DNA of 64,000 bases from Candidatus Bathyarchaeota archaeon. Lineage in GTDB: Archaea; Thermoproteota; Bathyarchaeia; Bathyarchaeales; Bathycorpusculaceae. Location of the stretch: contig CAVTBV010000016.1 of NCBI GenBank assembly GCA_963733095.1, forward strand, positions 114,985 through 178,984. Reading direction: 5' to 3'. Shown here piece after piece: positions 28,791 through 38,500 of the stretch. The notes under the pieces were generated by a model. It had not been told where the DNA came from and did no database searches. It saw only the letters and a program-made list of their open reading frames with translations. The position numbers and the translations under genes are program-made. Position 1 is the stretch's first letter, and each line of letters opens with the position of its first letter.

Positions 28791-30713
28791 CTATAGTGCC
28801 TCCGGAACACCTTTTATTTTTGCATAATTAAACACAGGACCATCCTTGCAGACATAGATTTGGTTGATTTGGCAGTGCCCACATTTTCCTACACCGCATT
28901 TCATTCTACGTTCAAGCGACATTATTATGTGATCATCTGGAACTTTTTTGACTTTTAAGTCGGCGATTACAAATTTGTACATGACTGGCGGACCGCAGAG
29001 TATGGCAAGGGTTTGTTCTGGGTCAAAAGAAACCTGTGGAATAAGCGTCGTTATCACACCAATGCTCCCATTCCATACTTCGTTTTCGGGGCACCAGTTA
29101 ACAGTTGATTTAAACTCAACATCATCTCTTGAAGCTAAGGCCATCATTTCTTCACCAAAAAGCAATTCCTTAGGTTCCTTGCATCCATATAGCAAGAAGA
29201 CTTTTCCATAATCTTTCCGGTTGTCAAGCACATAATTGAATAGCGACCTTAAAGGAGCTATCCCAAGACCGCCTGCAATGAACAATAGGTCTTTGCCCAT
29301 CAGTGAATCAACGTCAAAGCCGTTTCCGAAGGGTCCGCGGATGCCTAATTTGTCTCCCTCGTTTAGTTTGTGCAGTCTAGTGGTTACATTTCCTAACCTA
29401 CGAACGCAGATTTCAAAAGTGTCCTTCTTTGTAGGTGAAGAAGACAAAGAAATAGGGGCTTCACCTATGCCAAATGTTGAAACCTCGACAAACTGACCCG
29501 GTTTATGATTAAGTGTTGAACCATCGTCTAATCTTATTTCAAAGAGAGTTTCAAGCGAAGTCATCGGTGTCTTTTTAACTATGGTAGCTAATTTGGGTAC
29601 AAAATTTATGTTTCCTTCAGTTTGAATGTTAACGTCTGGAGCAACGGATGCCGATAGTTGGTTGCCGCTAATTTGGCTTTCATGGTACATGTCGTTGAAT
29701 ACGTCTACGGGGTTGGCTATGTTTGGGAGACAGTTTGAAGAGCACCTGCCACAGCCCACACATGAAACGAAACCGAAGCGGTCAAAGAGGTACTTTCCCT
29801 TCTTGAAGTAACGGTGACGATACCTTGTCGGTCGGGTTGCACGGAAGTTTTCTCCTGAAGCAATCTTGGCAAAATCCTCAAGCAGACAACCGTCCCATGT
29901 CCGAATTCTTTCGCCTGCCTCCAAGGTGAGGTCAGGATTATCTTTAACGTCAAAACAGTAGCAGGTGGGGCACACAAGGACGCATGAGCCACAGGCTAAA
30001 CATTTTTCAGAATGCTTTTCCCAGAAACCGCTTTTTTCATAGGAGTCTTTTAGCAGCTCAGGTATTAGCTCAGGGTTAAAATCAAAGTTTTGTTGGGAGA
30101 GATTCATGATTTCTCTTTTTTTCTGTCCAGCAACCTGTATGTCGCGTGCCAAGGCAGCTGTTACGTTTTTGGCGTATTTGGAGAGCAATTCTTCTCCTTT
30201 TTGTGACCCAACGTTTACGATGTACCTGTTGCCTAAGTCAGTTAACATGAGGTCATAGCCGTAGTCAACAGAGGAAGATCCCATAGCGGAAGAGAAATTC
30301 CATTTTGAGAGTTTTTGGATGTTAACGCCTATGATTATTGATGATTCACGTTTTTTGAAGTAGTAGGGGTCGGATTTTGTTTCCCTAAAGATTTCATCCA
30401 TGTGAAGCAAAGCCACGATATCATAGGGGTGAACGCCGATTATTACCATGGGTTTTACTTCATCAGGCTGCTTAGCCGAAAATCCACCCGACAAGGCATA
30501 GGTAAATAGGGTTTCTCGCTGGGGAAAGAAGTATTTTTTCGGGGGTAGCAAAGTGACATCGTAGTCAAGTCGTAATTCCTCAGCTGTTTCTAGGGGTGCA
30601 AAAGCAAATTTGTTGCCTCGAGATTTTACCCCGACAACGTTCAATGATTCATCTTTTATCAAGTTATTTACGAAATCTTGAAAATCAGGTTTTGAAATGA
30701 TCTTCATGACCAT
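28791..30713 (-). CDS. Fused sulfhydrogenase beta (Fe-S) + gamma (FAD/NAD(P)) subunits
   Basis: N-half: CLACGSCVLVCPTCYCF, CVGCGRC. C-half: PGQF, RGPFGNGF, AGGLGIAP, CGPPVM, MKCGVGKCGHC. Confidence 0.9.
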   Translation of the reverse strand: MVMKIISKPDFQDFVNNLIKDESLNVVGVKSRGNKFAFAPLETAEELRLDYDVTLLPPKKYFFPQRETLFTYALSGGFSAKQPDEVKPMVIIGVHPYDIVALLHMDEIFRETKSDPYYFKKRESSIIIGVNIQKLSKWNFSSAMGSSSVDYGYDLMLTDLGNRYIVNVGSQKGEELLSKYAKNVTAALARDIQVAGQKKREIMNLSQQNFDFNPELIPELLKDSYEKSGFWEKHSEKCLACGSCVLVCPTCYCFDVKDNPDLTLEAGERIRTWDGCLLEDFAKIASGENFRATRPTRYRHRYFKKGKYLFDRFGFVSCVGCGRCSSNCLPNIANPVDVFNDMYHESQISGNQLSASVAPDVNIQTEGNINFVPKLATIVKKTPMTSLETLFEIRLDDGSTLNHKPGQFVEVSTFGIGEAPISLSSSPTKKDTFEICVRRLGNVTTRLHKLNEGDKLGIRGPFGNGFDVDSLMGKDLLFIAGGLGIAPLRSLFNYVLDNRKDYGKVFLLYGCKEPKELLFGEEMMALASRDDVEFKSTVNWCPENEVWNGSIGVITTLIPQVSFDPEQTLAILCGPPVMYKFVIADLKVKKVPDDHIIMSLERRMKCGVGKCGHCQINQIYVCKDGPVFNYAKIKGVPEAL

Positions 30714-30894
30714 TCTCCCAAACGCTTATTCAGGAACACTAGAAACAGGGAAGCAGGCAATTTAACGTTTTTGGAAGAAACTCTAAATGGGGATGCCCAG
30801 CCAAAAAAGCAAAAGGCACGTGTTATCTTATCCAAATAGGCGCAAACAATCAAGGGCTTTTTAAAAGAAGAAGCCAGCGAATCTTTTCATTTCT

Positions 30895-31498
30895 CTACAC
30901 GGTTCTTTTTGCGCCGCAGTTAGGGCAAACCGTCAGAGTTTGGTCCATGAGGCTTTGGCAGTACTTGCAAGGAATCATTACAACTGTTCGAATTACTTCC
31001 CTTTTCACTGTAGCCGCCTGAACCTGCGCGATCGGAGCTATAACTTGAATTTCGCAGGTTTCAGTTGTCCTGTCAGGTCTGCCGTCCACGGCGAGAACAC
31101 CTTTTATGGTCCATGTTACCCGTCTGTCTACACCTGTATACGTTGGTCTTGCCCCAGCTGGAATGTTAATGTTGATGGGTATGCTTCGGTTTTCGCAGTT
31201 TGTAAAGTGCGAAGCACCAGAAAGAGCTGGTTTTGCACTGTAAATAACCGCAGATTCATCCACCATTTGGGGAATTGCCCTTTTGAGACTAGCATCATAG
31301 ACTTGTCTTATAACTTTAGCACGTTCAACACAAGCAATTTCGCATCGAATTTCGGTTGTTTCAAAGTCCTCTTTTGAATTTACGTTGAGTGTTCCCTGCA
31401 GGTTTTCTCCTAATGCTACCGAGTAATTTGGTAAGTCTCAATTGGACGTATGCCTCAGGGGCAGTAAGTTTGTTTGTAAATTTTTTAAGGAAACCCAT
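30895..31498 (-). pseudogene. Frameshifted arrestin/Spo0M-like beta-sandwich + Zn-ribbon protein (paralog of 32994-33596)
   Basis: ATG 31498 MGFLKKFTNKLTAPEAYVQLRLT, then a 1-nt shift near 31428 into NYSVALGENLQGTLNVNSKEDF...MVDES...CKYC...CPNCGAKR. Confidence 0.75.
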
Positions 31499-31745
31499 CG
31501 TAACACCCTGTGAGTAATGAATCGTTTATTTGGGGGTCGGGCTTTTAAGATTTGTGAATTGATTTTTAACTTTTGTTTTGTTGAAAATTGTTGCTTCTAT
31601 TGACACCAGTTTTTTGGTTGAAGTTGGTTTGCGAAACTAAAAACTGAATTTTTCACTAATTTGCCTTGTTTTAAGGGTTACTTTGATATTTCACTCTAAA
31701 GGTTTATTTTCCTGAAGACACGTTTTTTGTCGAGCGATTTTCAGA

Positions 31746-32981
31746 TTGGAACCCGACATCGAAACCCAACAACAAGAAACAAAACAAAAAAGAATCGAAT
31801 TCAACTTTCCAATGCTAATCATCAGAACAAAACTGTTCGCCAAAGTTTTCGACAAACTCGGTTCCCTGCGCGCCTCACGATATCTTTCGTGGATAGCTCT
31901 TTTGCTGGTTCCCTTCGTCGCTGGAATAGCACTCTACCTCATAGTTAACAGCCTAATCGGTTTAGTATCAACCCCCGCGGTTGGTCAAGCAGTTCGGGAT
32001 TTGGGTCCTGGAGCAATTCTGTTGTTGCCTGGAATCAACCCGATACTTCCAATAGTCTACGGATGGATTGCGATAGTGATTGCCATCATGGTTCATGAAG
32101 GAGCACATGGAATCATCGCCAGAAATGTAGGGTTGAACGTCAAGTCCAGTGGGCTACTGTTTTTCCTGTTTGTTCCAATTGGCGCTTTTGTAGATGTTGA
32201 TGAAGAACAAATTAAGAAAGCTAAACCCCGATCGGCACTAAAAGTGATGGCTGGCGGAGTTGGCGCAAACATCATCATTGCAATCGTCTGTCTGTTAGGG
32301 GTTTTAGTTCTTGTCGGAGGCTTGACCCCAGTAATCGATAACGGTGTATACATCAACGATGTAACAGCGGGGATGCCGGCTCAAAGCGCGGGACTACTGC
32401 CCAACGACGTTATTGTTTCAGTCGATAATGTAAAGATCAACAGCACAGCGGATTTGAGAACGATACTAGACAACAAGACTGTGGGAGATATGATGCAGGT
32501 GACGGTGGCAAGGGGCAACCAATGGACATATCACTACTCAACCACCATCAACCTAACAACCTCGGAAAACCGCACTGTCATGGGCATACTAAGCAGCGAC
32601 TTGATGACCCAAGCGCGACTAGACAATTACAGAACGTTCTCTATTGACAGGTTAGCTATGTATTTGGCGCCTCCAACCTTAGCTCAGGGTCTAGTGCCCT
32701 TTTCGGATACCCTAGCGCCATTCTACACTTCATGGATAGGACCACAATGGCAAATAATAGCCAATGTCCTCTTCTGGGTCTGGTTTATCAATTTTAACCT
32801 CGCAATCTTCAATGCCTTACCGATCTATCCGCTGGATGGAGGCAGAATCCTCAACATAGCGTTGAAGAAAGTTGGGGGCAACAGAATGAGTGAAAGAGCA
32901 ATCCGTGTAGCGACTCTGGCAACAACTGCGGTTTGCGTAATTCTCGTTGTGTTAGTTACGGTAGTTCCCTTTATCTTGTAA
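31746..32981 (+). CDS. Site-2 protease (M50) with PDZ domain
   Basis: HEGAHG, PIGAFV, PDZ (GMPAQSAGLLPNDVIVSVD), NALPIYPLDGG. Confidence 0.92.
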   Translation: MEPDIETQQQETKQKRIEFNFPMLIIRTKLFAKVFDKLGSLRASRYLSWIALLLVPFVAGIALYLIVNSLIGLVSTPAVGQAVRDLGPGAILLLPGINPILPIVYGWIAIVIAIMVHEGAHGIIARNVGLNVKSSGLLFFLFVPIGAFVDVDEEQIKKAKPRSALKVMAGGVGANIIIAIVCLLGVLVLVGGLTPVIDNGVYINDVTAGMPAQSAGLLPNDVIVSVDNVKINSTADLRTILDNKTVGDMMQVTVARGNQWTYHYSTTINLTTSENRTVMGILSSDLMTQARLDNYRTFSIDRLAMYLAPPTLAQGLVPFSDTLAPFYTSWIGPQWQIIANVLFWVWFINFNLAIFNALPIYPLDGGRILNIALKKVGGNRMSERAIRVATLATTAVCVILVVLVTVVPFIL

Positions 32982-32993
32982 ATTATTGCCCGG

Positions 32994-33596
32994 TTAATTC
33001 TTTCTTCTGGCTCCGCAGTTTGGGCAGAAAACTGAGGTCTGAGGCATAAGTCCACTGCAGTAAGAGCACGGAATTAACACCACCTCACGTTGTACTTCTT
33101 TCACAACTGTGCTTGAAGACTGATTGACCTGCGGCCTACCTACCTGCACTTCATAACCTATCGTTTGAACTTTGGGACGACCCACGACATCCAGGACCGC
33201 GTACAAAAACCACTTCACATAATGGTCAACACTGTAAGTGGTTTCTTTAGCCGCGCAGGAAACCACCAGAGAAAACGGGTATGAAGCCTCAAACCCGGCG
33301 GGAACCCGTGAAGACCCAAACAAAACACAGGAAGTCGTATAGATCACGCCATTGTCCCAGTACTCAACTTGTTGAGTACCATACTGGTTGCCGATAACGC
33401 GGGTTTTTTTAAGATTCTCGTTACATGATAGCCAGACAACAGCCCGGGTAACATCGAATTCTTCATCTGAAGAAATTCTTATTCCACCTGTAAGGTTTTC
33501 TCCCAGAAAAAACTGGGGCTTGTTTACGTTTAATTCAATTTTCGCTTTAGGCGGACCTGGCGGGTTAATTATGTTTGATAGCCATTTCGGGCTCAT
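32994..33596 (-). CDS. Arrestin/Spo0M-like beta-sandwich protein with C-terminal Zn ribbon
   Basis: IELNVNKPQFFLGENLTGGIRISSDEEF; C-terminal CSYC...CPNCGARR. Confidence 0.65.
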   Translation of the reverse strand: MSPKWLSNIINPPGPPKAKIELNVNKPQFFLGENLTGGIRISSDEEFDVTRAVVWLSCNENLKKTRVIGNQYGTQQVEYWDNGVIYTTSCVLFGSSRVPAGFEASYPFSLVVSCAAKETTYSVDHYVKWFLYAVLDVVGRPKVQTIGYEVQVGRPQVNQSSSTVVKEVQREVVLIPCSYCSGLMPQTSVFCPNCGARRKN

Positions 33597-33707
33597 GTAG
33601 TAATCCCTAACTTGACTAAGTTCGCATGTTTTCTTTTATGCTTTCCTTATTTAAAGTACCTTTGAATTCATCACCTAGAATCTAAAATGTCCAACTGCAC
33701 TGTAAAG

Positions 33708-34091
33708 TCAGCGTTCACGTTGAATTGTACTTAGTCTGTCCCTCACGGTAGCAATGAGTTCTCCAGGTTTGACTGGTTTGACCAGAAAATCGTCAGCTCC
33801 ATAGTCAGCAGCTTTTTTGCCAACTTTATCAGTTGAGAAGCCTGTAACAATGATTTTGACTGTTTCAGAGCCATCTGCCATATGGCGGAGAATTTCGATT
33901 CCATCCATATCAGGAAGCCTAACATCAATCAAACAGACGTTAAACTTTTCCTTTTTAATCTTTTCAAGGGCTTCTGTACCTGTCTCAGCTGTCTCAACAA
34001 CGTAACCTTCTTTTTCTAAAATACTTTTGAAAACCCTCAAAACATCTACATCATCATCAACTACAAGAATGCGCTTTTTTTCCTCACTCAT
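33708..34091 (-). CDS. Stand-alone response regulator receiver domain
   Basis: ILVVDDD, DVRLPDMDG, TG, FLVKP. Confidence 0.9.
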   Translation of the reverse strand: MSEEKKRILVVDDDVDVLRVFKSILEKEGYVVETAETGTEALEKIKKEKFNVCLIDVRLPDMDGIEILRHMADGSETVKIIVTGFSTDKVGKKAADYGADDFLVKPVKPGELIATVRDRLSTIQRER

Positions 34092-34202
34092 TCAACTACC
34101 GCCCATCAAAACGAAATAGACCTAAAGAAACCTAATATTTGAAAATCAACCTTTCTTGCGAAACATCGGAACACGAAACACTACCCACACAAAAAGTTCG
34201 GT

Positions 34203-34481
34203 TTAGCCCCATTTTCGGAGAGAAGCAATCGGAATTGTCCTCATAGCTACGACCCCTTCGATAGGGCGCACAATGTCGCCAACAAAATGCAACGCATTCT
34301 CATTCGTGTCTGCCTCGAAAAGAACGGCGAAGTCCCATCTGCCAAACACTTGATAAGCTTCCACCAACATAACACCTTTCATCGGTTTTTCTTTCCACTT
34401 CATTATTTCACCATACAACTTTCCTGACCCAGCAGAACCCAGCTTTATAAAGGCAAAATACTTCTGTTTAGATTCTTCCAA
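34203..34481 (-). CDS. Lrp/AsnC ligand-binding (RAM) / GYD-like small protein
   Basis: EAYQVFGRWDFAV...IRPIEGV-type pattern, no HTH. Confidence 0.65.
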   Translation of the reverse strand: MEESKQKYFAFIKLGSAGSGKLYGEIMKWKEKPMKGVMLVEAYQVFGRWDFAVLFEADTNENALHFVGDIVRPIEGVVAMRTIPIASLRKWG

Positions 34482-34562
34482 TTAAAACACCAATCAAGAA
34501 AACTACCGTAGTTACCGCTTTAAGGGTATGTGGATGGCTTAACACAACAACAATGTGGGTTT

Positions 34563-35516
34563 TCAAAATTTAGTCAAGTCGACGCCAACTCGTTTGGATA
34601 ACGAAGGCGTGTCGTTTAGAACATATACAAAGGCGTAGCCTCTCCAAGCGCCCCATCTTTTTTCCACAGTTTCTTTAAGGGTAGGTATCGTTTCCCGTGG
34701 TTTTTCAGGTATTTTACCGTAGAACAACACGCTAAAGATTTTGGCGCTCCAAACATCCAGCGGAAAACCCGTCTTAGGCATCACCAGTTCAGCAGAGTAC
34801 TCACCGATTCCCTGCAATGTCAAAAGTTGTTTTTTGGCTTCTTCAGGCTCCAAGACGTAGAGCTCGTCCATGCTGGGGAAGCCGTGGATTAGCTGCGTTG
34901 CGATAGCTTTGAGGTTTTTGGCACGGTAGCCCAGTTTAGCCTTGTCTTTTAGCTCATCCACAGAGGTAGCAGAGAGGGTTTGGGCAGAGGGCCAGTACCT
35001 CACAGTTTTTCCATCGAAGTGGGCGTCTTCGCCATAATTCTCCATAAGCAAATCCATCATTTGATGGCTTCGCTTCATGGGCGCCATCTGCAAAGAAACA
35101 GCCAAGATTAAGGCTGGAAACAGCTCTGGCCAACCAATCGTATGCAAGCCATAGAGGTCCTTAACTACACCCTGCAGTATAGGGTCGTCTTGGCTGAGTT
35201 TGTAGAAGTCAGTCAGGTCTTCTTCGACTTTGAGGGCGCGTTTTAGCATCTGTATTATCGATTGTTAGGCAGAATCATCCTTGTTTGAATGGGAATAGAC
35301 CGCGCAGTTTATCCGCGGTTTCTCAACAGTTCCTGTAGAAATCAGTTTTAGACCTAAGAGTTCCATATTAAAACGGGTAGCGCTCCAGCAAATGCCGCTT
35401 TCGTATTGTTCTTCTGGAGTCGACCAATACCAGCCTGCGGGTTTTCGGAGGGTAAGCTCAAAGCTGTAGGGTGCAACGGCGTCAAGGCCAAAATTAAATG
35501 TACTTTTAAGGTTCAA
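34563..35516 (-). pseudogene. AlkA/OGG-type HhH-GPD DNA glycosylase interrupted by an in-frame TAA
   Basis: The two ORFs are in the same frame (...DDSA*QSIIQMLKRAL...). LGYRAK, HhH LLTLQGIGEYSA, FPLDVW, RWGAWRGYA. Confidence 0.8.
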
Positions 35517-35568
35517 GATAAGCCCTGAGTATAAAGTGGCTCTTTTCAGTATTTATAGAGTCAGGGAT

Positions 35569-38500
35569 TTAGGCTTTATTATCTGATTTAACGTAAACTT
35601 CAACTTTCACAGAGGAAGCTGTCTGACCGAGAAACTCTGATAAAGCTCCTGTCCACTGCGCAGCGGAATCCGCTGTAAACCCGACCGTCTGCGAAATCCC
35701 ACGCCACAGCAACGCTTTGTCGTAGTCCTTGGCGTCTTGAGGCATGAACTCAAAAATCGACCTGCTAGCTATGATGATCAGCTTTTTCTTCATACGGGAA
35801 ATAGCTACGTTGATTCGGTTCAAGTTAAGCAGGAAGTCGCTTTCGCTGCGGACGTAGTCTGGGTCGCTTACGGTGGATGAGATGATGATGCAGTCTGCTT
35901 CGCCTCCTTGGTAGCGCTCAACGGTGTCGATTCGAGCGTTTTCGCAGCCCTCCGCTAACATGTTTTTGAGCAAGCCTTTCTGCGCGTTGTGAGGCGTAAT
36001 TACGCCTATACCCTCAGATTTCACGTTACGCGCCAAAGCCTCAACGATTGAAGCTTCCACCAGATTCGACTGGAAACTCTCAGCTTCATCGTGGACAATC
36101 AATACGAAAACGTTCTCAGGCTCCAAAACAACCCCTAAACCATTCGTCTTAGGCGCCGAAGTTGCCAACGTTCTTTTCTGGTCGGAGCGAAAATCAATCT
36201 TGTCCTTCTCATAGACCCATTCCCGCAAAAACTCCGCAACCACTGAGTGGCATCTGTGGCTTTCGCATAGCCGCTCAGCTGGAATATCTGCAGGGTGTTT
36301 GCAACTAATGCGTTCGATGCCGAGGTCTTCTTGACGCAGTAAACGAAGGAAATCCATGGCTGAGAGGAAGGATGCCATTTCTTCGAGGGTTCGACGATCT
36401 TCCTTTTCCCAGTTGTGCGCTTGGATTGGGGGCAGTTGGCGATGGTCGCCGGCTACAAGAATTTGGCTGCCTTTGGTTAAGAATGAGCCTGAGAGAATGA
36501 GTTCAGGGAGGCGCATCATGCTGGCTTCGTCGACTACGAGCAAGTCAAAGAAGCCCTCACCCCAAGGTGGCTCGGAATCTCCAATTTTCTTCATTAAACC
36601 ATACAAACCTGGCGGAGTGAGACACAAAATCAATGGCTCAGAACCTGAAGCGATGGGAGTTAACGTTGATTGGTTCATCAGGCAATCTGTAAGTTCCTGA
36701 AGGGTGTCTTCGTCTTCGTTGTAGTTAACGTATGTGACTCCGTCTATGGGTTTGGCGGATGAAGTGGAACTGCTCAAGACGCGGTAGATGTTTAGGTCTT
36801 TTAGGTCGTTACATCCTTCCCTGCAGTACTCCTGCCAGCACCGTGCAAGTTTGCTTACGAACTCATGAATTGCTTTGTGGGTTGGAGCAACCATCAAAAC
36901 CCTGCACCTGCCAACGGCTCGGTGGGCGGCAACATGGGCTAAAACTGTCAACTGCAACGTCTCTGTTTTTCCCGTGCCCGGTGGACCCTGAAGCATCACA
37001 ATCTGCTCTTTCCCAAAAACCCGCTCGATGAAACGTTGCTGCTCAGCTTTAGGGGAAAAGCGTCTGCCTGCAACCCAGCGTAAAAACGGCAAAGCCGCAT
37101 TCTTTGGCAAAGCTGTATGTAAAGACGCCTCAGATTTGCCTGCTAAGAACCCTGCTAACAAACCGTAGAGCACATTGTTGGCATGATAATCAAGGCATTT
37201 AGCTGCTCTGTCAGATATGATGTCGTCTGCCAACTCATCTAAAATGTAAAGCCGCCCAACTTCAAAGAGCTGCATATACTTGCTCTTTGCTTTTTCAGAG
37301 TCAGTTGTTGGAAGATTGTGCCAAGCACTGTATTTTCTGCCCTTGCCGCTGGGCCAACTAACGACGTTAATAACCAACTCGCCCTTTCGCACATCAACTT
37401 TTTCCACGATAGCCCGCGCGGATTTTTCCACTTCGGAGGGGGAGCGTTTCTGGGCTTCCTCAAACTGCCCCTGCTCACTGCGCTTAAGCTCAGTCACAAC
37501 CATCCAGTCGCCCGAACTCGACCCATCCGCGCCTTTAACTCTGCAAGCGTTAGCCACGCAGTCAGCCTTGGGCAAACCAATACCTTCGTAAACAAGTTTA
37601 CCCCGAACCACAAAATCTTTGTCAGATTCATCGATACCTGTGCACTCAAAAATCAGTGACCTGCCTGACGCAACTCGCTGGTAAGGAAGCAAAGCGTAAT
37701 GCTGGTACATCTCTTGACGCTTGGAGAAATACTCCAAATCCAAAAACTCTCTGCAGCCACGCTCCAACGTCGCCGCACCCAATGAGAAATTGGCAATGGT
37801 GGGAACAGCAATAGGTTTTTTGCCCAGCCGCCTATTGCGAATCGTCAATGACCTCTCGATGAGTTCCAGAGCCATACAGAGCTTTAATCCCATCAAATTT
37901 AACTCTTCATCAGTGATTCGCCTTGTCTTCTGGACGTAATCGCACCATTTGTGTTTTTCAAGCAGAACTTTCGTGGGATAATTATCTAAACGATTCTTGG
38001 CAGCCCAAAAGTACTCGATTGGGATTTGATTTCCAAACCGAGCCCGTGCAGGGTAGTAACCATCTATGTGTCCATTGCCTCCCTCGAGAAAATGAATGGG
38101 CCCATCCGGATTTCGCCTGAAAGGAAGTAAAAAATTGAACAATCCGTCGCGAAATACCAAGCGCAAATCAACAGTTGAGCCGTCTTTGCGCTTTGCCAAC
38201 CAAGCTTTATTGCTTTCAAAAAAGCACGATTGCTCAAGGATGGGTAGAAGCCCTGTGCTGTGGAACTTGAGTGCTTTTCTATGCACTACCTCGTCTTGGA
38301 TGATAGAGAACATAGGTTGGTCGATGGCTTGTCGTAGACCTAAAAGGTCCCTGATTGCCATGGCGCCGAGCAAGGTTGGTTGGCGGCGGACTGCTTCCAT
38401 GAGTATGTCTCTTTCGCCTCGGCTGAAAAAATATAGGTGTATTGGAACTTCGTCAGGACTGCCTATTTCGTTGGCAACTTTTGTGATTGCAACTGTAAGG

